From NCBI GenBank assembly GCA_951406725.2, contig OX597817.1, positions 87,874,001 through 87,936,000 on the forward strand: 62,000 nucleotides of DNA, in the 5' to 3' direction. A program made the position numbers and the translations under genes. The DNA is from Octopus vulgaris. Its lineage: Eukaryota. The notes beneath the pieces were generated by a model. The model made no database searches. It worked only from the letters and a program-made list of their open reading frames with translations, and was not told the origin of the DNA. Below, piece by piece: positions 36,150 through 48,990 of this stretch. Each line of letters begins with the position of its first letter. Positions within the stretch are counted from its first letter, which is position 1.

Positions 36150-36610
36150 GCATTGATATCACATGCTAGTTGCCACCATAATGCAAGTGGTGTCTTTCAT
36201 TTCCAATATTCTGTGAAAATCATGTCTGGCCATGGGGATATTACCTTACTTAGAAACAAGGGCATCCATCTGTAGAAAATCTGCCTCAACAAATTCCATC
36301 CTATCTATGCAAGCATGGAAAAGTTGACATTAAAATGATGATGGTAGTATATATTTCATCTATAAGTAGCATTTTTAATATGTTATCATCATCATTGTTT
36401 AATGCCCATGTTTCCATACATCAGACCGTTTTTTTTCAGGCAGATTTTCTACAGCCAAATGCCCTTCTTGTGGCCAACCCTCATCTTTTTTCAAGCAAAG
36501 TAATATTCCCCATGATTAGATATGTTTTCATGGAAGGTTGGAAACAAATGACATGACTTGCTTGACGGTGACACATGTTTACAACAATCATATGATGTCA
36601 AAACAAAGAG
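36150..36610. mobile_element. Tail-to-tail inverted pair of (GAT)n-tailed SINEs
   Basis: 36150-36345(+) and 36385-36610(-) share gggcatcc..gtagaaaatctgcct and ggggaatattac motifs in opposite orientation. Confidence 0.7.
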
Positions 36611-36989
36611 ACAGTAACATACAAACATACATGCATGTGTATGTGTGATGGGCTTCTTTCAGTCTTCATCTCAAATCCACTCACAAAGCTTTGGTCATTC
36701 AGGGCTGTAATAGAAGATGCTTGCCCAAGGTGCCATATCTTTCAACATCAGTTGAGCTCTTCAGTCATCCATATTTTATCCGCTTTAAACGATTTTTTAA
36801 TGTGTAGTCAGGATAGGAAGTGGAGAGCCCATAGCCTTTTCTTAGAGTATCTGCGACTGGTGGAAGGAAGGAAAGGAGGAAGTTTATCCTTGGACCACAC
36901 TCTTGTCAACCAAGTGAAAATACTTCCCTGCCAAATGTTTCCTTTACTTTTACAATTAACCAAGATTCCATAGACTTGTCATCTTTTAT

Positions 36990-38885
36990 CTTTTATTTGT
37001 TTCAGTTGTTAGACTGCAGACATGGTGGGGCACTGCCTTGAAGACATTTTGATCAAATGAATCAACCCCAGTCCTTTTTTTTTCTCTTCTTTTTCATCCT
37101 AGTACTTATTCCACCAGATTCTTTTGCCAAGCTGCTAAGTTACGGGAATTTAAACACACCAACATCAGTTAAGTGGTGGGGTGGAGGGGACAAACACACA
37201 CATACACATACACACACACATACACACACATGCATATATTAAAGGCTTCTTTTAGTTTCCTTCTACCAAATCCACTCACAAGGCTTTGGTCGGCCTGAGG
37301 CTATAGTAGAAGACACTTGCACAAGGTGCAATGCAGTAGGGCTGAACCCAGAACCATGTGATTTGGGAAGCAAATGTCTTACTACTAAATAAATAATTCC
37401 ATGTATGTCCCAGTTAAATGTTGCTTCTCTTTTTCATCTTGTGATGTTTATATATTTTGCTAGGATTTATCAAGAATCTCTTAGAAGACACTTGGACAAC
37501 ATTGGAGTGTGGCACATCTGATATACCACCCACAACCCCTAAACAGTGGAGCACTGATGTCATTGACAGAACTAGTCACAAGGTAATGATACTTAATTCT
37601 TTCTATTACTTGCTTCTGTTATTTGATTGTGGCCATGCTGGAGCACCACCTTAAAGAGTTTTATTTAGTTGAAGAAATTGACCCCTGGACTTATTCTTTG
37701 TAAGCCTAGTACTTAATCTATCAGTTATGGGACATAAATACACCATCATCAGTTGTCAAGTGATGATGGTGGGGACAAACACAAACACAAAGACACACAC
37801 ATACATACATATATATATATGACTGGCTGTGTGGTAAGTAGCTTGCTTACCAACCACATGGTTCTGGGTTCAGTCCCACTGCATGGCATCTTGAGCAAGT
37901 GTCTTCTGTTATAGCCTCGGGCCGACCAAAGCCTTGTGAGTGGATTTGATAGACGGAAACTGAAAGAAGCCTATTGTATATATGTGTATATATATATATA
38001 TATGTATGTGTGTGTATATGTTTGTGTATCTGTGTTTGTCGCCCCAGCATCGCTTGACAACCGATGCTGGTGTGTTTATGTCCCCGTAACTTAGCAGTTT
38101 GGCAAAAGAGACTAAGTCCTGGGGTTGATTTGCTTGACTAAAGGTGGTGCTCCAGCAGGGTTGCAGACAAATGACTGAAACAAGTAAAAGAGTAAGAGTA
38201 ATATATATATATATATATATATGATGGGCTTCTTTCAGTTTCTGTCTACCAAATCCACTCACCAGGCTTAGATCAGCCTGAGGCTATAGTAGAAGACACT
38301 TGCCCAAGGTGTCACACAGTGGGACTGAACCCAGAACTATGTGGTTGAGATGCAAGCTTCTTATCATACCACCACGCCTGCACCTAAATGTCAATAATAA
38401 ACTTGACTCAAGGTGGCAAGCTGGCAGAATTGTTAGCTTGCCAGGCAAAATGCTTCACAATATTTTGCTTATCTTTACGTTCTGAGTTCAAATTCCACTG
38501 AGATTGACTTTGCCTTTCATACTTTGGGGTCGATAAAGTTGAGGATTTGGGTTGACTTACTCACTCCCCCAAACTTGCTGGCTTTGTGCCAAAATTGGAA
38601 ATCAATAATATACTTCACAACATTGTCTTCTACTTCAGACAAGAAAATATTGGATGATAATCACACAAAATATTCATCTGCTACTAACATCACTGGTAAG
38701 CAAGGCACAGGTGTAGCTGTGTGGTTAAGAAGTTTGCTTCCCAACCACATGGTTTCTGGTTCAGTCCCACACCATGGCAAATTGGGCAAGTGTCTTCTAC
38801 TCTAGCCCCCCCCCCCCCAACTCCCAGGTCAACCCAAAGCCTTGCACGTCGATTTGGTAGACAGAAACTGAAAACAGCCTAACAC
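36990..38885. mobile_element. Dense S1 SINE cluster around exon E (36990-37385 -, 37590-37800 -, 37820-38205 +, 38220-38385 -, 38705-38885 +)
   Basis: S1 head and tail motifs in both orientations. Confidence 0.75.
37464..37582 (+). CDS. TBC1D32: TBC1D32 internal exon E (119 nt, phase 1 to 0)
   Basis: attttgctag|GA TTT..AAG|gtaatg; FIKNLLEDTWTTLECGTSDIPPTTPKQWSTDVIDRTSHK vs human [39 protein letters not shown]. Confidence 0.92.
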
Positions 38886-39489
38886 ATACACACACACACA
38901 CACATGCATGCACGCACACACCCTATCTGTCTCTCTTTATCTGTCTGTCCGTTTATCCATCTATTTATCTATCTATCAGTCGGTCAACTGTCTGTCTGTC
39001 TGTCTCTCTCTCTCCCACACACATTATTATTATTATTGTTTACTATTACCCATGTCTTATTTCTCACTCCATAAGTTCACACACACACTCTATCTACCAG
39101 TCAGTTTGTTGGCCTCTCTCTCTCTCTCTCTATCATATTATTATTATTGCAGCTATTATCCATGTCTTATTTCTCACTCCATAATTTCATGCGCGCATGC
39201 ATACACATACACATGTGTGTGCATGTTTGCATGTGTGTGTGTGTGTGTGTGTGTTTGCGCACGTGTGTGTGTTTGTATCTCCTTATCTTGATGTAGCATG
39301 ATAGTTGTAAATGAATGTCACTGTTACACAAGCAGTGTCATTTCACCTCCAATATTCTGCAAGAACATATTTGGGCATGGGGTAAATAGTACTTTGCTTA
39401 GAAACAGGTAAAGGTTGGCAACAGGAAGAGCATCCAGCCATAGAAAATCTGCCTCAATAAACTCATTCTGAGCATGAAAAGTTGACACG

Positions 39490-39552
39490 AAAACAATGAC
39501 GATGATGATGATGATGGTAACTTCCACCTCTACCATTACCACAACTATTATT

Positions 39553-39587
<35 letters not shown>

Positions 39588-40610
39588 AATGAATACCTAA
39601 TACTGTCAGTGCTACCATCATTTTCATAATAATCACCTCCACATCAACCACCAACACTATCACCATCACTACCACCATCATCATCAATGCTATACTAAGT
39701 TAACTGAGCCAAAGTTCTTTTATTCTTTCATTCTTTTATTTGTTTCAGTCATTTGACTGTGGCCATCCTGGAGCACTACCTTTAGTCAAGCAAATCGACG
39801 CTAGGACTTATTCTTTGTAAGCCTAGTACTTATTCTATTGGTCTCTCTTACCGAACTGCTAACTGACGGGGATGTAAACACACCAGCATCGGTTGTCAAG
39901 CGATGTTGGGGGGACAAACACAGACACACAAACACACATACACATATATATATATACGACGGGCTTCTTTCAGTTTCCATCTACCAAATTCACTCACAAG
40001 GCTTTGATCGGCCCGAGGCAATAATAGAAGACACTTGCCCATGGTGCCACACAGTGGGATTGAACCCGGAACCATGTGGTTGGTTCTTATTCTTCTCACT
40101 GCATTGTTTCACTTGCAAAGACACTTAGCTTCCAATGGTAATATCTACATCTGTTTTTGTTGTTGTTGTCATCACCGGTATGGTAGTGGTGGTGGTGATA
40201 GTCATCATCATCATTGTTGTGGTGATGGTGGTCTTCTTCATTGTTGTAGTAGTGGTGGTAACCATCGTCATTATTGTTGTAGTAGTGGTAGTGGCCATCG
40301 TGCTCAATGTCATCATCATTATTATCATCATTGTCTTTGTTGTTGCTTAGCCCGTTTAACCTTGGTCAGATACATCCGTGATCAAAAACACTCATACCAC
40401 AGGTACTCTATCTTTTTAAGGCAGTCTAGGACTACCATATCCTCATGTGTCCTTTCCTTATTTAAGATAGTTGGATGTTGTTCACAAGCTTGATTGTTAT
40501 TTCTTCTTCTTCTTCTTCTTCTTCTTCTTCTTCTTCTTCTTCTTCTTCTTCTTCTTCTCCACCTCCTCCTCCTCCTCATCCTCATCCTCCTCCTCCTCTG
40601 CCAAGAATTC
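39490..40610. repeat. Low-complexity trinucleotide fields ((CAT)n, (GTT/GTG)n, (CTT)n); similar (CAC/ACC) field at 43560-43920
   Basis: Direct inspection; source of the spurious poly-M/V/R/S/T ORFs. Confidence 0.9.
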
Positions 40611-40901
40611 ACAGCATCCTTGAACCCACAAAAAAGACAGAGACAGGCAGAAACAAGGAAAATGCCCCTTGTATTTGAATACTATGCAAATATTCTTTTA
40701 AAAACTTTTCATTTAATTTTTCCATAATTTAATTGTTTTTCATACTTACAGTTGAAAAAGTCTCAATGACTGAAACTGGTACTGAAATGTTTTTTATAAA
40801 AATATTTTAGCATTTCTACCTTGACTTTTTTCCTATATATATATATATATATATATATATACGGAGCAAATAATTCACGAAGAATAATTTGCAAAGATAC
40901 C

Positions 40902-40947
40902 ATTGACTCTGTTATTATCATTTAAAAATGATAATAACAGAATCAAT
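40902..40947. repeat. Near-perfect 46-bp palindrome
   Basis: ATTGACTCTGTTATTATCATTT aa AAATGATAATAACAGAATCAAT (22-bp arms, 1 mismatch). Confidence 0.9.
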
Positions 40948-41939
40948 AATATAGGTGATTGCAGGACCCGCCAAAAAAGCATTAAATAATTGAAGGATTA
41001 AAATTAATCAAAAGACATAGTAAGTATGTCTGACTGCTGGAAATAACAGTCAAAACTCTTATTTAAATCCCAAAAATACACTGATAATAACTACAGAAAT
41101 CAACTGCCCAAAGGTATATGGGCTAAGACATTCTTTCAGCATAGTATTTGGACTCACGTGGACTGGTTTCTGGACTGGCATAATAGCCTAACCTTCCTCA
41201 GCACACGTTACCATGATAGAGCGCCCCAACCTGTTGTGTCAAAGTCTGTGCTGCGACTGATTCATTTTGCACTGAAATCATGGCAGCCACCAGTGTGAAA
41301 ATATATATATATAGCACATGATCACGTGACCAACCAGACCATCAGATGTTGCTACACATCGCTGGTCACAATGTGTTCGCATTGTTTTAGCCTTCGAAGG
41401 ATTCCACCCCACTGGCTAAGTGAGCAGGCCAACATATATATATATATATATATATGGAGAGAGAGAGAGTGAGAGTGAGAGGTATGAAAGTTAAGATCCA
41501 AGGAAATGATATATGATATATTGTCAATGTAGCAGATGTTGTTTATGTAAGGTAGTATTTAGACATTAACATTAAATGTGTCACACCATTATAGATGTAT
41601 ATAGATTACCACAAGTACTCAAGCCAGCAAGGGAGCCATTCAATAGTGTCACCAGACTTGCTAAAGCAGCAGTCAATTTTTCTCTCATATCACACCCTAC
41701 CACCTTTTATCTTTTAACTTGTTTCAGTAATTGGACTGTGGCCATGCTGGAGTACTGCCTTGATGAGGTCTTCGTTGAGCAAATTGACACCCAGTACATA
41801 ACATTTTTTAAAGCCTGGTACTGATTCTATCAGTTTCTTTTGCTGAACTGCTAATTTACAGGGATGTATACAAACCAACACCAGTTGTCAAGCAGTGGTG
41901 GATGACAAAGTCACACACACAAATACATATATAACTGTC

Positions 41940-42185
41940 TGACTGACTGGCATTTCATCAGTTATGACAAGGGTTCCAGTCAACGGAACAGCTGCTCGTG
42001 AAATTAATGTGCATGTGGCTGAGCACTCCACAGACATGTGTACCCTTAATTTAGTTCTCAAGGAGATTCAGCATGACATAAATTGTAGAGTGTCTTGCTC
42101 AAGAACACTAAGCATTGCTGGGAATTGAACTCATGACTTTATGATTGTGAACCAAATACCCTAACTACCAAGCCACATGCCTTAC
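41940..42185 (-). mobile_element. tRNA-derived SINE with Meta-like tail
   Basis: Reverse of ..taagggtacacatgtctgtggagtgctcagccacatgcacattaatttcacgagcagctgttccgttgactggaaccc.. Confidence 0.55.
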
Positions 42186-42187
42186 AC

Positions 42188-42233
<46 letters not shown>

Positions 42234-43337
42234 TGTATATATACATATTGCGATCCTAAAACCAAGGTGCCATGTAAAATGCATTGGTGTGAGTGCTGGT
42301 GCCATGTAAAAAGCACTGGTGACAGTTGGCATTAGGAAGGGCATCCATCCATAGAAGCCTAGCCAAAACAGACTAGGGAACCTCATGCAGCCCCTAACCT
42401 TGCCAGTTTCCATCTACCAAAGGTGGGTGAGAAGCAAGTTTCTTATCACACAGCAAAGTCACAAAAAGAAAAGTGTGACATATTTCATGATGTGATCTTA
42501 GATACATTTATCATCATCATCATCATCATCATCATCATTTAACATTCATGTTCCATGCTGGCTTGGGTTGGACTTTATGTCTTTAAAAAAAAGTGGTTTA
42601 GAATCATTACTGGGACACACTTTTTACCAAGGTCTGTTCAATGAAGTCTGACTTAGGGCAAAGCAACTATGACTACCACTACTGCTGCCACCACCACCAC
42701 TGCTTCTACTACTACTGCTACTACTACTACTACTAGTCTTATTATGCAGCCAAGTCTCTTTGCATTATGATTAGTATGCGTTCACCCCATCTTGTTTCAT
42801 TCAGATAGATTTCCCCCTCATGTTTCCTGGCGGAAATCCAGCAATATCAAATTACTGAGTCTCTAGAGGGACGGAGATAATGGGTGACAGGATTAATCAG
42901 AACGTGTGTATATGTGTGTTATGTTGTACATGTGTTATAGGTTGTGTATATGTGTGTGTGTATGTGTGTGTGCGTGTCTGTTCTGTACAGGTGTGAATGT
43001 ATGTGTGTGCTGTATTGCATATGTGTTGTATGTTGTGTGCATGTTGCATCTGTTGTGTCTGTTAAGTTTGTGTGTATGTATGTGCATGATTACGTATGGT
43101 ATGTGTGTGTGTATGTTGTGTGCATGTTTGTGTATGCATGTAAGTTGTCATTGATTAAGTCTATAACATTGCTAAATTCTGTTAAATCCTGTGAAACTAA
43201 TGATTTTTTTCATCCTGTTGCTTTCTCCTTTCATTTTCATTTCCAATTGAACAATGAAGGGATGAGGAGGAAAATTACACACACACACAGATATATACAC
43301 ATATATATATATATATGCATATATACATATATATATG

Positions 43338-43381
<44 letters not shown>

Positions 43382-44226
43382 AGTATATGTATTCTTCATT
43401 GCCATTACCCAACATATTGCATTCTGATATAATTCCAAGCTAAGCTCCCTGCATCATCTAACGGTGTGTAGGACATGTTCAGTCCACACACCCCTCCTCC
43501 TCCTCTTCCTCTTCCACCTTTATAATCACATGGGTGCACGTTTACATATTCTGTTATATTCAATAATCGTTAGTAATTGATGACTGCAGCAGCAGCATCA
43601 TCAACTATCACCGCCACCACTATTCGTGTTACCACCAATACCATCCCCACCACCACCACTACCTGCACTACCACCCACCTTTATTATAACTGACAACACC
43701 ATCAACATTTTAATCATTACTATTAATATTACCACCTGCACTACAACCAACACCACCACCAACAACAGCAACATTATTACCACAACCATCACTGCTACTA
43801 TCACCACCACTATCATCACCTCCTCCACTATCTCCACCACTGCGATTGCTGCTACCACAGCTATCATCATCATCATCATCACCAACACCACCACAATACC
43901 ACCACTGCCACTACACTTCCTTTTTCTTTGTGTTTTATTTTCTAACAAAAGCGAGCTTTTGTGTCTGTTCCAGCAACTTTGGTAGGCGCCATGCCAGACA
44001 TTAGTCTGAATAACAAATCAAAATTATATGAGGATTTATTAAAATTTATTGCTTATCAACATCAAAGAGGAGGAGAGATCAGTAATGTGGGGGGAACAAA
44101 GAAGAGGGTAAGGAAGAGGAATAAATGAGCATTACATCTAGAATATGGAATGGTGTCGTCTGTTACAGTTAAGCCAGTATGGTTGGGGAATCAGTTAGTG
44201 CATCAGTCCAATGCTTAGAGTGCTAA

Positions 44227-44385
44227 AGAGGGGTCTGTGACTATATCTGCCAGGTATAGGAAATCCAAGGAGGGCCTGTGATTATATTTACCAGACTGGG
44301 CCTGGAGATCCAAAGAGAGCTTGTGATTATATCTACTAAGCAATGCCTAAAGAACTAATAGGGGTTTATGATCATATCTACAAGG
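44227..44385 (+). repeat. Degenerate 41-45-bp tandem repeat, 4 units
   Basis: Core GAGGGYCTGTGATTATATCTACCAG recurs 4 times. Confidence 0.7.
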
Positions 44386-46776
44386 TCCCTCTCTAAAATA
44401 GATCCCTTGAATTTTGAGAGGACCTCCATCCTCCCAAGGGCCAAAACAGTCTTTTTCTTCATAACCAATTTCTCTTGGAGTTCCAGCATGTTAGCACTGT
44501 GAAGTAAATGATAAAAAGTAGACCATAATGTTTGCAATTATATCAATAATTCTTTCTACTATAAGCCTGAAATTTTTTTGGAGGGTGCTAGTCAATTTCT
44601 TTGATCCCAGAGCTCAGCTGATGCTTATTTTATCAATACCAAAAGGATGAAAAGCAAAGTCAACCTTGGCAGAATTTGAACTCAAAACGTAAAGACAGAT
44701 GAAATGTTGCTAAGCATTTTATCCAACACTGTAATGATTCTGCCAGCTAACTGCCTTTGTAATTATACCTGTAATAGTTGTAAGTATACAATGGTTAAGG
44801 AGATAAAGCACTGAATCACATAGTTCAAGTGTGTTGTATCTGTCTCTCAAACATCATCACAAATTTAACCCATATATTTAACTAGTTTTTAAGATGGTAG
44901 GTAGTATTTGAGGAAGATTTGGTTGTAATTTTTTGCAAGTGAAGTAACCATGTCATGGCTTCCTTCACATGATTCCTCTTTACATGTCAGAGTATAAAAT
45001 AAAGTCCTCAGTTAAGTGGAGACATGCTGTAACTGGAAAAATGAATCTGTGACTCATACTTTTTTGAGTGACTGTGTGTCAGAGGACTGCTACCCAATAC
45101 AGGTTCACCTGAGACAATCACAACAATATTAACTTCACAAGCACTGGCAATACCATAGAAAATAATCAGTGTTTCTTTATCTTACATGCTCTGAATACAC
45201 TACAGTGGTTTCTCCTGTCACTTGACAGGTTCTTACAGTCACTGCAGTAGCTGTGACATTCCACTTAAATCACTAACACCTTTTTGAGCAAGCTAATATG
45301 ATATTGCTTTATACATTTTGTCAACCTGCAAAAAATAGCAGTCAAATCTTTCTCAAATCCCATCAAAGATGATAATAATGGAGAAACAGGAGAAGAAAGG
45401 TAGGTAACCACAAAGTAAGTTGAAATAGTTCACTCCCCACTTTCCCAGGTATACTGGTATATTACTGGTGCTTGTTCTCATTCTGTAGTTTCAGTTAGTG
45501 TTACTGAAACAGATGAACTGGGTCAGAAATAACCTATTGAATAAAGCAGGTGGTTGACATTTCAAGCTGTAGTTTTTCATTGATGGCTGTACTGCATTAA
45601 GTTTTATTAATTAATCACATATTTATTTTATGATACAATAATGAAGTGCCAATCACTCTAAGTGAATGGAAATTGTGGAAGAGGTTAGATCCAGGAAGAC
45701 AAGGGACAAAGTTCTGAAGGACGACTTCAGGACACTGAACTTTTCAGAGGAGATGACAAAGGACCAAAGCAGAAGTGTTAAGGCCTCTCCCAATGATGAA
45801 GAGGACTGGCTTGCAAGAGCCATGCGCTGGTGCCATGTAAAAAGCACTCATGCTGATGCATGTCGAAAGCACCCAGCATACTGTAAAATAGTTGGCATTA
45901 GGAAAGGCATCCAGTCATAGAAACCAAACCAAGCTAGACTGGAACTTGGTGCAGCACTCTGGCCTACCAGCTTTGGTCAAACCATCCAACCCGTACCAGT
46001 ATGTAAAACAGATGTTAAAGAAGGAGGAGGAGGAATCGCTGTTGTCTTTTTTTTTAGACATCTATGTCATTGACTGTTATATCTTTCTTCTTTTACCCTT
46101 TACTTGTTTCAGTCATTGGACTTTGACCATGCTGGAGCTCTACCTTGGAGGGTTTAGTCAAACAAATCAACCTTAATATTTATGCTTGTTTGTTTTTTTA
46201 AATACTTATTCTATTGTTATCACTAAGTTATAAGGACATAAACAAACCAACACTAGTGGTGGGAGGAATAGAATAAGACACACATATATGTATTATGCAT
46301 GCACACACATACAACAGGTTTCCACACAGCTTCTATCAGCCAAATTGACTTACAAGGCATTAGTCAGCCTGGGGTGGTGGTAGAAGACACTTGTCTAAGG
46401 TGCCATGCAGCGGAACTGAAACCCAAACCACGTGGTTGAAAAGCAAACATCCTAACCACAACCATTCCTACACCTATGCTGTATGAAGGTTTAGTAATCA
46501 ATTATGTGGTGATATTGTTTCAATAGCTGTAGTCATTCATTGCCACTCATACTGCAATTAGTAGTTATTTGTATTATTTTATGCATGTATCTTACAACTG
46601 GTGAACACGGTGCAGATGTAGCTATGTGGTAAGTTTACTTCCCAACCACGATTCCAAGTTCAGTCCCACTGCATGGCACCTTGGGCAAGCCTCTTCTACT
46701 ATAGCCTCAGGCTGGCCAAAGCCTTGTGAGGGAACTTGGTAAACAGAAAGTGAAAGAAGCCAACCCATTGTGTGTA

Positions 46777-46832
<56 letters not shown>

Positions 46833-47910
46833 CAAAATAAGCAACAGGGATATCTAGAGGTAATGCAGCACAATCATTTCATGCAACTCCATTTAATTGA
46901 AAAATGTAATCATTATATCAATTTAAAATGCAGAGCAATCTTCAGCTGCACAAAGACATAGAATTTAATTAAATTAGAACAGATGGACACATTAGTATAA
47001 TTATACCTAAAATCTCCAAGAAGTTAAGGAGATATATATATATATATATATACAGAAGTGTGTGTGTGTGTGTGTGTGTGTGCGCATGTGTGTGTGTGTT
47101 TGTGTGTGTGTGTGTCCTACTACTTTTTGACAACTGGTGTTGGTGTGTTTGCGTCTCTGTAACTTAGTGGTTTGGTAAAGAGAAAAAAGATTAAAAAAAT
47201 GTAAGTACTAGGCTTAACAAAATAAGTACCGAAGTAAGTTCATTTGACTAAAATGTTCCCTGAGGTGGTGCCCCAGTACAGCTGCAGTGTAATGACTGAA
47301 ACAAGTAAATGATAAAAGATAATAGAATTATTGATTACAATACAGTCCATTTAGTCCAAACACTAGTTCATTTTATTTATTATGATAAAAATGATGAGAT
47401 TATTTGACCATCATAGGTGATATAAATATCACAATAGACACTACGTGATCAGTTTTCTCACTAATAAATATGTACAAATATATATAAGGAACTTCTACAC
47501 AGTTTCTCTCTACCAATTCCTCTCACGTGGTACTTGGTCAACCTTGCATTACAGTTGAAGATACTCAAAGTGCTGCAAAGCTGCATTGAACCTGGGACCT
47601 TGGTAATTATGTTGCTGTTACAAAGACCACATAAAAGCTCCTTCATTTATTTACTTTGTATTTGTTTTATACATAAAGCGATTGTTTAACATAGTTCAGT
47701 CCCATGCTGAAAGTATTCTGACCATGACCATTCATAATGGTGCCCCAGCATGGCCATAGCCTATTGGTTGAAACCAATAACAGAACCCTGTCTAATTTTT
47801 AAGTTTTGTGTGTCTAAGACTACATTATCCAGTATGTTCTCCTCTTTTTAAATATTCAGTGTGATGGGAATTTGGTTGCTATTTCTAACAGATTGACTGA
47901 CCACATAGAG

Positions 47911-48050
47911 CAGGCATGGGCAACCATTTTTGAGAAGTGGACCACATGAGACATAGTTCATCATCAATACACTGCTAAAAAAATTTAAGGTAACTTTTTG
48001 TTAGGTATACCATTCAGAAAGTCCTGCAGGCTGCAGATTGCCCATGACAG
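47911..48050. mobile_element. Possible hAT-type MITE
   Basis: Termini CAGGCATGGGCAA / TTGCCCATGACAG (11/13 complementary); no 8-bp TSD. Confidence 0.35.
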
Positions 48051-48239
48051 GCAAAAATTTCCTCTTTCCTCTAAAGTAGACATTACAAGGGATTGAACCT
48101 GAGACTATCCATATACTTTTTCAATTTTAGAAAATAATATTTCTAATCAATGAAAAAAATGTATATTAGTTTCATATTTTGAAGTTCAAGACAGATTTTC
48201 ATTCCATAGTTTGGAATCAAAATATTCTCTATGTATTCG

Positions 48240-48990
48240 TCTAAGAGTATAACTGGTTATTACTGTTACTAATTAGCTCAAACTTGGTTCAGACTTCTAT
48301 CAACATATCAAGGACAGAATGCATGGCAACAGACACATCTAATCTGGACCTCAACTTTAGGATATACAGCAAACCAGTAAAGCAAGTTTCTGAATTCATC
48401 TACCTTGGATACAAACTCTCTTTGTAAAACAATGGAATGATAGCTGTGAACCATGGAATTGAATTTGGTTTGGCAGCCTTTAGTAAGAACAAAATTGTGC
48501 TTACTTCAAAACAAATCCCAAACCACACAAAATCAAGCATCTACAATATCTTTACTCCTCCAGTAGTTTTATATTGTCAAGAATGTGCTAACAGGATCTT
48601 TGTTGTCCTAAAGGAACTGGAAATCTTTCAGAAACATGTAATGCAACACCAAACTCTCAGGCCATGTCAGAATTGAAGATCTAAGGCAAATAACCAAATT
48701 ACCATTAATCTCTGTCATTGAAAATAAAGTATTCAAACTATTTGGCTACACTAAGTGAATGGTTGGTGACATCAGCAAGATCTGTTAAGAAGGTACTATT
48801 AATGGAAAGAGAAACAGAAGTTGGCAATCTAAGAAATGGAAAGATAACATCACAGCATGGACAGGCCTTGACATAGTTTCTCTGAATGCTCTTGCCAAAG
48901 ATTGAATACTATAGCAACAAATATCTCGTGTTGGTGCACATTCTGCCACAGGCAGAGAAAACAGGAAATGATGATGAAGCAGTTTCCTTC
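48240..48990 (+). mobile_element. RTE-clade LINE C-terminal fragment
   Basis: KPVKQVSEFIYLGYKLS..AAFSKNKIVLTSKQIPNHTKSSIYN..PVVLY; KDNITAWTG. Confidence 0.65.

Noticed and set aside
44227-44385. Repeat-plus-variable-spacer look, superficially CRISPR-like
   Set aside because: Only 4 degenerate units, related spacers, eukaryotic intron, no cas genes; a decayed minisatellite.
45320-45400. Strong donor AAG|GTAGGT with a short open frame (..KDDNNGETGEER)
   Set aside because: Exons E and F already join in frame with no gap against the human protein; acceptor weak.
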